Below are positions 18,295-27,076 of a stretch of DNA of 64,000 nt, in pieces. The first letter of the stretch is position 1. Each line of letters starts with the position of its first letter. The position numbers and the translations under genes were made by a program. Below the pieces are notes generated by a model, which worked only from the letters and a program-made list of their open reading frames with translations, searched no databases and was not told the origin of the DNA. Source of the DNA: Candidatus Aminicenantales bacterium (GTDB lineage Bacteria; Acidobacteriota; Aminicenantia; Aminicenantales; UBA4085); contig JBEKTZ010000004.1 of assembly GCA_049515535.1 (NCBI GenBank), forward strand, positions 1-64,000, given 5' to 3'.

Positions 18295-18313
18295 GGGTTT
18301 TTCGTTTCCGTGT

Positions 18314-18550
18314 CTATTCCTTTTCAGAAATATACTGGCAATAGCCGAAGCTGATCGGCCCGCTCTTGGTGGTCTCGCAGGGGAAATCGGCGCATTCGAA
18401 GCAAAGGCGGACTCCCTTTTTGAACGCGCAGGTCGCGATCTTGCAGAATTTATTGTCCTTGGGGAGGCAACCCGTTTCCCCGCTGGGACATTTTTTCCGG
18501 ATCATCCGCGGGCATTTTTCGCAGGCAATACCGCATACTCCGATTCTCAT
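18314..18550 (-). CDS. Small Cys-rich protein (DUF3795-like)
   Basis: GVCGIACEKC...CKIATCA...CFECADFPC. Confidence 0.7.
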   Translation of the reverse strand: MRIGVCGIACEKCPRMIRKKCPSGETGCLPKDNKFCKIATCAFKKGVRLCFECADFPCETTKSGPISFGYCQYISEKE

Positions 18551-18588
18551 GGCCGCTTCTCCTTCTGCTGATGACTTCGGGGAAAAAA

Positions 18589-18665
18589 TGGTCGGGACGG
18601 TCGGATTTGAACCGACGACCCCATGCACCCCAAGCATGTGCGCTACCAGGCTGCGCCACGTCCCG
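18589..18665 (-). tRNA. tRNA-Pro(GGG)
   Basis: 77-nt cloverleaf CGGGACG...CATGC-TTGGGGT-GCATG...TTCAAAT...CGTCCCGACCA. Confidence 0.95.
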
Positions 18666-18705
18666 ACTAAGGGGAGCGAATTATACCAGAAATAAGAAAA
18701 AGTAT

Positions 18706-19071
18706 TCAGGTTTTTTTGGGGCGATTCTCAAGAGATTGGGCGAGATCCTGGAGCTGGTCGCGGACCTGCCGGAGGGTTTTGACGAGCCGTTCCGGATGGA
18801 CGGGCGGCGTCGGCTTGAGGCCGAATTCCTCCTCGATCCTGCGTCGGGCGCCGGCCAGTGTGACGCTTTTCTGATCCAGGAGATCCTTGATCCGCTGGAT
18901 CATTTCGACGTCTTTGACCCGGAAAATTTTCTGCCCGTTCCCCGTCGTCGCGGGTTGCAGGAAAGGAAACTCCTTTTCCCAATGCTCGATGGTCTCTTTA
19001 TCGAGTTTGACAAGGCGGCTGACTTCCTCGATCTTGTAAAAAAGCTTATTTTGGGTTTTCGGAGTGTTCAT
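18706..19071 (-). CDS. MerR-family regulator
   Basis: KLFYKIEEVS...WEKEFPFL...IKDLL..TLAGAR; typical context upstream of tRNA-Pro and surE. Confidence 0.85.
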   Translation of the reverse strand: MNTPKTQNKLFYKIEEVSRLVKLDKETIEHWEKEFPFLQPATTGNGQKIFRVKDVEMIQRIKDLLDQKSVTLAGARRRIEEEFGLKPTPPVHPERLVKTLRQVRDQLQDLAQSLENRPKKT

Positions 19072-19253
19072 GAGGCCCTGCCAACGACATGGGCTAAAAT
19101 AGCATGACGAAATCGAAAGGTCAAGAAAAGCGATCGGGCTCTGGACGCATTGAAGATACAATCGAGAATGGGGATAGTCATGGCTCGGCAACGCGTCCGT
19201 GACGAGTTTTGCGCGACATATAATCTCCCGAGTCGTTTTGATATAATTGGCTC

Positions 19254-20573
19254 ATGGATGCGGGCGAAAAAACAGTCCCCCTGGCCGAGCGGATGCGGCC
19301 CAAGGGCTTTGACCGTCTTTACGGGCAGGATCATCTGCTGGGGAAAGGGAAGATCCTGGCCCAGCTCATCGAGACGAATAGCCTCGTTTCATTGATCTTC
19401 TGGGGGCCGCCGGGCTCCGGCAAAACTACCCTGGCCTACATGTTGGCCAAGCATTTCGATCTGCCCTCGACGTTTTTCAGCGCGGTCCTTTCCGGAATCA
19501 AGGAAGTCAAAGAGGTCATGGTCCGGGCGGAAAGCCATAAAAAAATGTACGGCAAGCCGATGATCATCTTCATCGACGAGATTCATCGCTTCAACAAGGC
19601 CCAACAAGGGGCGTTCTTGCCCTACGTCGAAAGAGGCGACATCGTTCTTTTCGGCTCGACCACTGAAAATCCTTCCTTCGAAGTGATCGCGGCGCTTCTC
19701 TCGCGGACCAAGGTCCTCGTGCTCAACGCGCTGTCCGCGGAAGCCCTGGCCAAGATCATGGACGACGCCCTTCTGGACGAGGCCCACGGCTTGGGTGAGC
19801 GGCGGTTGACCCTTGATCCGCAGGCCAAGCAGATGATCGTCGATTTCGCCAACGGGGACGCGCGACGGGCGCTCAACACGCTCGAGATCGCGGCGAACCT
19901 GGCCCGGGGCTCGACGATGACGGCCGATGACGTCCAGGAAGCCCTTCAGAAACGGACGCTCCTTTACGATAAAGACGGAGAAGAGCACTTCAACCTCATC
20001 TCCGCCCTTCACAAAAGCCTGCGCAACAGCGATGTGAACGCTGCGCTATACTGGCTGGCGCGCATGCTGGCGGCCGGGGAAGACCCTCTCTATATTGCCC
20101 GCCGGCTGGTCCGCTTCGCTTCCGAAGATATCGGCCTGGCCGACCCCCAGGCCCTGGCCGTAACGCTCCACGCCAAAGAAGCCTATGATTTCCTTGGAAC
20201 GCCCGAAGGCGAGCTGGCGATCGCCGAGGCCGTGATCTATCTTGGCTCGGCGCCCAAGAGCAACCGGGTCTATTCCGCTTTCACCATGGTCACGAAGGAT
20301 GTCGAGCAGAACCCTTATGAACCCGTGCCTCTTCAGATCCGGAACCCGGTCACCGGGCTGATGAAAGACATCGGCTATGGGAAGGACTATGCCTATGCCC
20401 ATGACTTCGAATTCGGGACGACGGACATGGAGACGCTCCCGGAGCGGCTCCGCGGGAAAATATTTTATGAGCCTGGGGCCATGGGCTTTGAAAAAGACAT
20501 CAAGAAGCGCATCGCTTGGTGGGAATCGATGAAGGCCAGGATCCGGGAGGAGAAAAAAACGAAGCCGGAGTGA
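19254..20573 (+). CDS. rarA: Replication-associated recombination protein A
   Basis: PLAERMRP, GPPGSGKTT, DEIHRFNKAQQ, TTENPSFEV, ASEDIGLADP. Confidence 0.96.
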   Translation: MDAGEKTVPLAERMRPKGFDRLYGQDHLLGKGKILAQLIETNSLVSLIFWGPPGSGKTTLAYMLAKHFDLPSTFFSAVLSGIKEVKEVMVRAESHKKMYGKPMIIFIDEIHRFNKAQQGAFLPYVERGDIVLFGSTTENPSFEVIAALLSRTKVLVLNALSAEALAKIMDDALLDEAHGLGERRLTLDPQAKQMIVDFANGDARRALNTLEIAANLARGSTMTADDVQEALQKRTLLYDKDGEEHFNLISALHKSLRNSDVNAALYWLARMLAAGEDPLYIARRLVRFASEDIGLADPQALAVTLHAKEAYDFLGTPEGELAIAEAVIYLGSAPKSNRVYSAFTMVTKDVEQNPYEPVPLQIRNPVTGLMKDIGYGKDYAYAHDFEFGTTDMETLPERLRGKIFYEPGAMGFEKDIKKRIAWWESMKARIREEKKTKPE

Positions 20574-20744
20574 TTAGGCTTCGTCCTTATCCTTCATGAT
20601 GTAGTACATTTCCCAGCTCAAGTCGGTCGCCAGGCAGTCCACGCAGGAGCTGGGTGTCGTGGCGAGCTCTCCCATGGCGATCTGGTCCTTCAAGATCGCC
20701 TTCACTTTTTTCTTGATCTTGTAAAGCAAAATGTAATTGACCAT
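20574..20744 (-). CDS. Small 56-aa CxxC hypothetical protein (absent from the ORF track)
   Basis: MVNYILLYKIKKKVKAILKDQIAMGELATTPSSCVDCLATDLSWEMYYIMKDKDEA*; GC-ending codons; stop abuts the rarA stop. Confidence 0.65.
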   Translation of the reverse strand: MVNYILLYKIKKKVKAILKDQIAMGELATTPSSCVDCLATDLSWEMYYIMKDKDEA

Positions 20745-20835
20745 GATTTGTCTTGAAAGATCATATCATTTTCGCGGGCGCGTGCAAAGATTGAGCCCGA
20801 AAATCGAATCGTGCTATGATGGGAAAATCGAATCC

Positions 20836-21954
20836 ATGAAAACCATCGTCCGTCTCATCCTCGCCTCCGCCGGCATCCTGGCCCTGGTGTCCTGTTCTCT
20901 CGTTTTTCACAAAAAACCGGCGCCCTTGAATCTGACTTTTCCCCTTCTTGAGGATTCCCGGCTGGAGATCGACGGCGAGATCAGCGACGGTCTGCGAACC
21001 GACGGTGCCCGAGTCTATGCCGCCACGAAAAAGGGATGGGTTTATGCCGTGGATGCCAACTCAAAGAAGATCGCTTGGAAATTCGCGGCGAAAGCGCCCG
21101 TCGTTTCGTTCCCTTCGGTCGGCTCGGGCCGAATCGTCCTGGCCGACAAGGAGAATAGACTGACCTGCCTTTCGGCGGAAGGAAAATCGCTGTGGGAAAA
21201 GAAGCTCGCCGAAGCGATAACGAGCGAGGTCGTCCAAAACGCGGATAAATTGTTTTTCACGATCGCTGACGCGAGCTTGATCGCGCTCGATGCCGCATCC
21301 GGAAACGAGGACTGGCGTTTCACCGCAGGGGAGGCCATTCAGACCGGGCCCGTGTTTTGGAATCACCAGATCCTGATCGGGACGGCCGGAGGGAAGATCC
21401 GTTTCCTCACGGCGTTCGGGCAACTGGGTTCGACGTTCGAAATCGGAGGCTCCTTTGCCGGACCGCTCTTTGTGGACGCGAACAAATTGTATTTCACGCT
21501 GGACAACGGCACGTTTATTTGCCTGGCTCTGGCCTCGAAAAGGATTCTCTGGAAGATAAGAACAGGCTCGTTGACGGCGCTTCCGGTGACCGACGACGAG
21601 CGGATTTATTTCGCGACCTCGAACAGGACCCTCTTTGGTTTGAATAAAGAAAACGGAAATCTGGATTGGTGGCGCATTCTGACGGCGCGGACATCGTTCA
21701 AGCCGGCGATCGTCGGTGAGCAGATCGCGGCCTCCCTCTCGTCTTCGACTCTGGTCGTTTACCGGAAGGAGAACGGAGAGCCGGTGGGAATTTTTAATGC
21801 GGACGACGCGCACAAATCCGAGCCGGTTTACATCGGGGGGTATCTGTGGATCGGCACTTTCAATCCCGAGACTTCCAAGGGGGCCATCGTCGTCTTGAAA
21901 AGCCAACCGCCCAAGGCGGCCGCGGTCCCCAAAAAAGAGGGCCCCAAAAAATAG
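20836..21954 (+). CDS. PQQ-like beta-propeller (BamB-like) lipoprotein
   Basis: LVSC lipobox; repeated ALDA.SG...W propeller blades. Confidence 0.82.
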   Translation: MKTIVRLILASAGILALVSCSLVFHKKPAPLNLTFPLLEDSRLEIDGEISDGLRTDGARVYAATKKGWVYAVDANSKKIAWKFAAKAPVVSFPSVGSGRIVLADKENRLTCLSAEGKSLWEKKLAEAITSEVVQNADKLFFTIADASLIALDAASGNEDWRFTAGEAIQTGPVFWNHQILIGTAGGKIRFLTAFGQLGSTFEIGGSFAGPLFVDANKLYFTLDNGTFICLALASKRILWKIRTGSLTALPVTDDERIYFATSNRTLFGLNKENGNLDWWRILTARTSFKPAIVGEQIAASLSSSTLVVYRKENGEPVGIFNADDAHKSEPVYIGGYLWIGTFNPETSKGAIVVLKSQPPKAAAVPKKEGPKK

Positions 21955-22537
21955 GGCGAAAGGAGATCGGATCATGAAGAGAGAAGAAGCATGGGAACTC
22001 GTGACGACGCATCTCGAAAACAAAAACCTCGTCAAGCATTGCCTGGCCGTGGAAGCCTGCATGAAGGCGATGGCCGCCAGGCTCGGCCAGGATCCCGAGT
22101 CCTGGGGCTTGGCGGGACTCGTCCATGATCTGGACTATGAACTGACTGAGAAGAGCCCGGAGCTCCATACCAAGGAAACCGTCAAGATCCTCAAAGGCCT
22201 GAACCTGGATCCGGTCGTCATTCATGCGGTCGAAGCTCACGCCGCGAAAGTCTCGTGCGAAAACGCCATGGACTGGGCCATCTTTTCGATCGATCCTCTC
22301 ACCGGCTTGATCATCGCCGCGACGCTGATGCATCCGGACAAGAAGCTCAAGAGCATCGACCTGGAGTTCGTCAAACGACGCTACAAGGAAAAAAGCTTCG
22401 CCCGCGGCGCACGGCGGGAAGAGATCGAACAGTGCAAAAACCTCGGCCTGGATCTCGACGAGTTTATGTCGATCTGTCTCCGCGCCATGCAGGGCATCGA
22501 CCGGGATTTAGGGCTGTAACAGAGGTTGCCATCGCCG
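21657..22537 (+). repeat. Direct repeat copy 1 (propeller 3' end plus HD gene)
   Basis: Matches 31473-32176, which lacks about 180 bp of the propeller part. Confidence 0.93.
21974..22519 (+). CDS. HD(IG)-domain phosphohydrolase
   Basis: HCLAVE..M, GLVHDLDYE, DPLTGLI, FARGARRE. Confidence 0.88.
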   Translation: MKREEAWELVTTHLENKNLVKHCLAVEACMKAMAARLGQDPESWGLAGLVHDLDYELTEKSPELHTKETVKILKGLNLDPVVIHAVEAHAAKVSCENAMDWAIFSIDPLTGLIIAATLMHPDKKLKSIDLEFVKRRYKEKSFARGARREEIEQCKNLGLDLDEFMSICLRAMQGIDRDLGL

Positions 22538-22787
22538 CGCGGCCGGCCATATACTTCCGGCATGGATAGGAGGGGGGATTTAGCGCCAAGGGCGGGAATT
22601 CAGCTCGCTCGGAAAAAGCAAATCCTATATTTAATAGGCCATCGTATCGAACATCATGTCTCGGGAGGTCGCGCGCGAGAATTTCGAATGAAGATGTAAA
22701 TCGGCGATGAATTTCATGTCACGCTATGTGTATCTTAATTCCGGCCGCGTTTCAAGAAGAAAGACGAGAGAAAATTCGGGATTCACG

Positions 22788-22914
22788 TTTTTGGATTCAA
22801 TCCAAAAAAATGGATGAATTTTTTGCCAAAATCTTTTCTCTAAGTTTATAATTAATTGATAATGAAGGAATTATATATTTATTTTTGCCGAGCCGGGTTG
22901 GCATAAAATATGCA
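22788..22914 (+). promoter_or_regulatory. Sigma54 promoter with candidate activator site and IHF site
   Basis: TTGGCATAAAATATGCA (GG-N10-GC) at 22898-22914; WATCAA-N4-TTR match on minus strand at 22849-22861; palindrome TTTTTGGATT-C-AATCCAAAAA at 22788-22808. Confidence 0.75.
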
Positions 22915-23151
22915 GTTTTTCTGGAGGATAAGTTAATCCGGACGAAAGGATCAAAGCTTTTTCGTTACGGTTTGTCTAACAGAATGATACATGATTCAAA
23001 TTGTTAATGGTAAGGTCCGTAATGCTCCGATGTTTAAGGACAAAAAAGGAGGTGAGATATGGGATAGAATTTCATTCATGCAGAGAAGGAGAGTGATCCT
23101 TTCACTACGGGAGAAAAGTTTTTTCCACGACAAGGGAAAAAGGAGGCTTGA

Positions 23152-26028
23152 TTGAAAAAGCTTACAGTTTTGTTATGTTTGCTTCTCTTGGTGGGGATCT
23201 ATACATTCGGCCAGGAATTCGGAAGCATCCGGGGAACGGTTATAGATAAGGACGGCACGCCGCTGCCCGGCGTCACCGTCACCCTGACGGGTAGTAAGAC
23301 CGCCCCAAGAACCGCGATCACTTCGGAAAAAGGGAATTTCCGGTTTTTGAACCTGCCGGTCGCCGGCGATTACACCGTCAAATTCGACCTGCCCGGGTTC
23401 AGATCCGTGTCCCGCGAGAAGCAGGTCATTTCGTTCGGACGAGACGTGACCATGGACATCACCTTGGAACAGACGACGATCGCCGAGACCGTCACGGTCA
23501 TTGGCCAGACGCCCGTCATCGACACCAAGAAGACGCAGGTCGGCGTCAACATCACCGAGGACATGATCATGTCCTTGCCGAACTCGCGGAACCCCTGGGT
23601 CCTGATGGCCTTGGCCCCGGGCATAATGATCGATAGAGAGGACGTCGGCGGCAGCGACGCCGGCCAGCAGCCCTCGTATTACGGGCATGGTTCCACGAGC
23701 GGCGACAGCACCTGGAACGTCGACGGCGCCAATATCACGGACAACTCCGCCTTAGGATCCGCCCCGGCTTACCTCAACATGTCCGGTTACGAAGAGATGC
23801 AGGTCAACTACGGCAACAACGACATCAAATCGCAGACCGGCGGCGTCCAGCTCAACTTCATCACCCGCCGCGGCGGGAACAAGTTCTCGGGAGCCTTCGA
23901 TCTGAGTGCCGAAACGGCGGACTGGCAGTCCACGAACATCCCCGCGGACCTCGTGGCCCGCGGCTACAAAGGCGCCGGCATCAACAAGGTCTACCTCTAC
24001 AGCGCCAACTTCGGCGGCCCGATCATCAAGGACAAGGTCTGGTTCTACGGGTCTTACGGCATCCAGGACCTCGGGACGAAGACCCTGGCCGGGACCACGG
24101 ATAACACCTGGCTGGCTTCCGGCTATTTCAAACTGGACGCCCAGATCTCAAGCAACACGCGCGTCAGCGGGTTCTTCGAGCACGACAACAAGCTGAAATG
24201 GGGCCGGACGAACTGGGGCCCGACGCTTCAGGCGCCCGAAACGGTCTGGAATCAGGTCGGTCCTACGCCCATGGTCAAAGGCGAGATCGAGCAAATGTTC
24301 GGCAACCTTTTCCTGAACGCCAAAGTCGTCTATTCCCACAACGTCTTCAACCTCGAACCCTTTCTTGGGAAGAGAACGGCCGATGGAAGCGGCCCGTACA
24401 TTCAGGCCCGGAATTATCCCGATGAATGGCACTGGGGCAACATCGCCGATTACGGCACGGTCCGGCCGATGTTCAACGCCGACTTGAACGGCAACTACTT
24501 CGCCGAAGGCCTCCTCGGGGCCGACCACGAGATCAAGTTCGGCGTGGACTACGTCCAATCGACGGTCTCGACCTATTCGTTGGCCGAGGCCAACTTGAAC
24601 ATCTCCTACGTCGCGCCCGGGTGGACGGAAGCCTGGCTGCTCAGAGACTACTACATCAAAGAGTGGTTCCAGCGCTATTCCGGGTTCGTCCAGGACACGA
24701 TGACGTTCGGCAAGCTCGCGGTCAACATCGGGCTCCGCTACGACGTCGAGACCTCCAAGGTCAAGGACGAGCTCCAGCCGGCCTCTCCCTGGTTCCCCCA
24801 GTATCTGGCCAAGATGCAGATCACGGAATACGACCCGGGCATCAGCTCGAAGGTCCTCTCGCCGCGCTTCAGCCTGATCTACGACATTTTCGGCAACGGC
24901 AAGGACGTCATCAAGCTGAACCTGGCCCGCTACGGCAGCCAGACCGGCTACGAATTCGCCGGCTTCATGAACCCGGCGCCCTGGGCCGAGATCGACCTGC
25001 GCTGGGTGGACCAGAACGGCGACGGCCGCGTCACGAGCAACGAGCTCTTCGGCACGGATTGGGATACGGGCCTTCCGACGGTGGACCCGACCGATCCCAA
25101 CGGCTGGTCCTGGTATGGCGGCTTCGACCCGGCCAATCCGACCAAGGTGGCGACCCTCAACAAGTACGACCCCAACTACAAGACCCCCCTCCTCGACGAG
25201 GCTTCGATCTCCTATGAAAAAGAGCTCTTCTCCGACTTCGCCGTCCGCGTGGAAGGTTTTTACAAGAAGAGATACCAGCTCATTTGGGACAAAGGTCTGA
25301 TGGCCGACGGTTCGGTCGAGACCGCAGACAACTGGTACCTGGCCGGCCACAACACCATCATCAATGCTGATTATTACGGACGGAAAGCGTGGCCCGTGGG
25401 GCTGTATCGCACCAATGCGCCCAACGCCTATCAGCGCTATATGGCCGTCGAGGTCGTGTTGAAAAAAAGGCTGAGCAGCCACTGGATGATGGACGGCTCG
25501 TTTACCTACATGGATTGGAAGACCTACACCAAGGGCGACACGTTCAACATGAACAGCTACAACTACTGGGAAGGCAGTGTCGTCGCTCCGCAGAGCGGCG
25601 GCTCCGGCATCACGGATGTTTACGTCAATTCGCCCTGGATGGCCAAGCTCTCCGGCCTCTACCAGTTCCCCTTCGGCATCAACGGCGCCTTCACCTTCCT
25701 CGCCCGCGAGGGCTACGTGACCCCGACTTACGTCAAGCAGAACATCCCCAGGCTCAGCACCAGCTACAACCTCTATGGCGAGCCGGGCGGCGGCGGCAAC
25801 TTCGGGGATCACCGGCTCCCCAACTTCTTCGAGCTCAATCTCCGGGTCGAGAAGGTCTTCAACGTCATGGAGAACGCCACGGTGACGGTCTCCGCGGACG
25901 CCTTCAACGCCCTCAACTCCAATACCTCGCTGAGCGTCATCGGGTATATCACCTCCACCCAGTACATGGTGGTCAAGCGCATCGTCAACCCCAGAGTGTT
26001 CCGGTTCGGAGTGAGATTCGTCTTCTGA
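23152..26028 (+). CDS. Oar-like TonB-dependent receptor with carboxypeptidase-regulatory-like N-domain
   Basis: Signal peptide, GTPLPGVTVTL, plug DGANITD..GGVQLNFIT, C-terminal PRVFRFGVRFVF. Confidence 0.92.
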   Translation: MKKLTVLLCLLLLVGIYTFGQEFGSIRGTVIDKDGTPLPGVTVTLTGSKTAPRTAITSEKGNFRFLNLPVAGDYTVKFDLPGFRSVSREKQVISFGRDVTMDITLEQTTIAETVTVIGQTPVIDTKKTQVGVNITEDMIMSLPNSRNPWVLMALAPGIMIDREDVGGSDAGQQPSYYGHGSTSGDSTWNVDGANITDNSALGSAPAYLNMSGYEEMQVNYGNNDIKSQTGGVQLNFITRRGGNKFSGAFDLSAETADWQSTNIPADLVARGYKGAGINKVYLYSANFGGPIIKDKVWFYGSYGIQDLGTKTLAGTTDNTWLASGYFKLDAQISSNTRVSGFFEHDNKLKWGRTNWGPTLQAPETVWNQVGPTPMVKGEIEQMFGNLFLNAKVVYSHNVFNLEPFLGKRTADGSGPYIQARNYPDEWHWGNIADYGTVRPMFNADLNGNYFAEGLLGADHEIKFGVDYVQSTVSTYSLAEANLNISYVAPGWTEAWLLRDYYIKEWFQRYSGFVQDTMTFGKLAVNIGLRYDVETSKVKDELQPASPWFPQYLAKMQITEYDPGISSKVLSPRFSLIYDIFGNGKDVIKLNLARYGSQTGYEFAGFMNPAPWAEIDLRWVDQNGDGRVTSNELFGTDWDTGLPTVDPTDPNGWSWYGGFDPANPTKVATLNKYDPNYKTPLLDEASISYEKELFSDFAVRVEGFYKKRYQLIWDKGLMADGSVETADNWYLAGHNTIINADYYGRKAWPVGLYRTNAPNAYQRYMAVEVVLKKRLSSHWMMDGSFTYMDWKTYTKGDTFNMNSYNYWEGSVVAPQSGGSGITDVYVNSPWMAKLSGLYQFPFGINGAFTFLAREGYVTPTYVKQNIPRLSTSYNLYGEPGGGGNFGDHRLPNFFELNLRVEKVFNVMENATVTVSADAFNALNSNTSLSVIGYITSTQYMVVKRIVNPRVFRFGVRFVF

Positions 26029-26049
26029 CGCACATCCCCGCTCATGTTC

Positions 26050-26088
26050 AAAGCCCCTTCCGGGTCCGCCCGGAAGGGGCTTTTTTTT
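26050..26088 (+). terminator. Intrinsic terminator
   Basis: AAAGCCCCTTCCGGG-tccg-CCCGGAAGGGGC followed by a T-run. Confidence 0.88.
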
Positions 26089-26155
26089 AGGATGTTTCGC
26101 GGAGTCCAAAGTTGATTCCTTCTTCGTGTATGTTAGAATATTCAGGGAGGCCGGC

Positions 26156-27076
26156 ATGAAAAAGTTTTCGCGATTTGTCTTTTTCTTTTTGGTGCTGTCG
26201 CCCGTGTTCGCTCTCGCTCAGAGCTATCGCGGGCAGGGTCGGATGACCGGCCTCGTCATGGACCAGGACGGGAAACCGCTCGAGGGCGTCAAGGTCAAGC
26301 TCTTCTCGCTCAAGGGAAGCGCCGGTTTCGAGCTGACGACGGACGCGAAAGGCGAATGGAAAGCGATCTACATTCGCGGCGGCGGCTGGAACATCGATTT
26401 CGAGAAGACCGGCTACGTCCCCAAGAAAATCAGCACGGCGATCGAGGAATCCTTCAAAAATCCCGTCGTTGAAACGAAGCTGCAAAAGGTTGAAGGCCTC
26501 GTCATCTCCGAGGACCTCAAAGCCGCCCTGAAACAGGGGAACCAGTTCTTCGCCGAGAAGAAATACGACGAGGCGATCGCCGCGTTCGCCGCCCTCATCG
26601 CCAAGAACCCCGACGCCTATATCATCTATAAGAACATCGGCAACTGCTATTTCGAGCTCCAGAAGTACGACCTGGCCGAGGAATCCTATCGGAAGGTCCT
26701 CGACAAGGAGCCAGCCAACGCCGAGATCATCCTGCTCATCGGCAATTGTTTCTCGAACCGCGGCGATAACGATAAGGCGATGGAATGGTACGCCAAGATC
26801 GAGTTCGAAAAGATCACCGACCCGGCCGTTCTGTACAACATCGGCACGGCCTATTACAAGCAGAACAAGTTCGAGGACGCGTTGAAATACTACAAGCGCT
26901 CCGTCGAGCTGAAGAGCGATTTCCTGGACGGCATCTATCAGACGGGTTTGACCCATATCTCGCTTCAGAACAACGCCGAAGCGATCAAGTCCTTCGAACA
27001 ATATCTGAAATTGGACGCCGATTCCCCGAAGGCCGCCCAGGTTCGGAACTTCCTGGAGTTTTTGAAGAAGAAATGA
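26156..27076 (+). CDS. Exported carboxypeptidase-regulatory-like/TPR protein
   Basis: Signal peptide, GKPLEGVKV beta-sandwich, several TPRs. Confidence 0.85.
   Translation: MKKFSRFVFFFLVLSPVFALAQSYRGQGRMTGLVMDQDGKPLEGVKVKLFSLKGSAGFELTTDAKGEWKAIYIRGGGWNIDFEKTGYVPKKISTAIEESFKNPVVETKLQKVEGLVISEDLKAALKQGNQFFAEKKYDEAIAAFAALIAKNPDAYIIYKNIGNCYFELQKYDLAEESYRKVLDKEPANAEIILLIGNCFSNRGDNDKAMEWYAKIEFEKITDPAVLYNIGTAYYKQNKFEDALKYYKRSVELKSDFLDGIYQTGLTHISLQNNAEAIKSFEQYLKLDADSPKAAQVRNFLEFLKKK

Noticed and set aside
18589..18665. tRNA-Pro as an island integration site
   Set aside because: No duplicated tRNA 3' end or adjacent integrase seen
24148..26157. 669-aa antisense ORF
   Set aside because: Shadow of the TonB receptor gene caused by GC-rich codon bias
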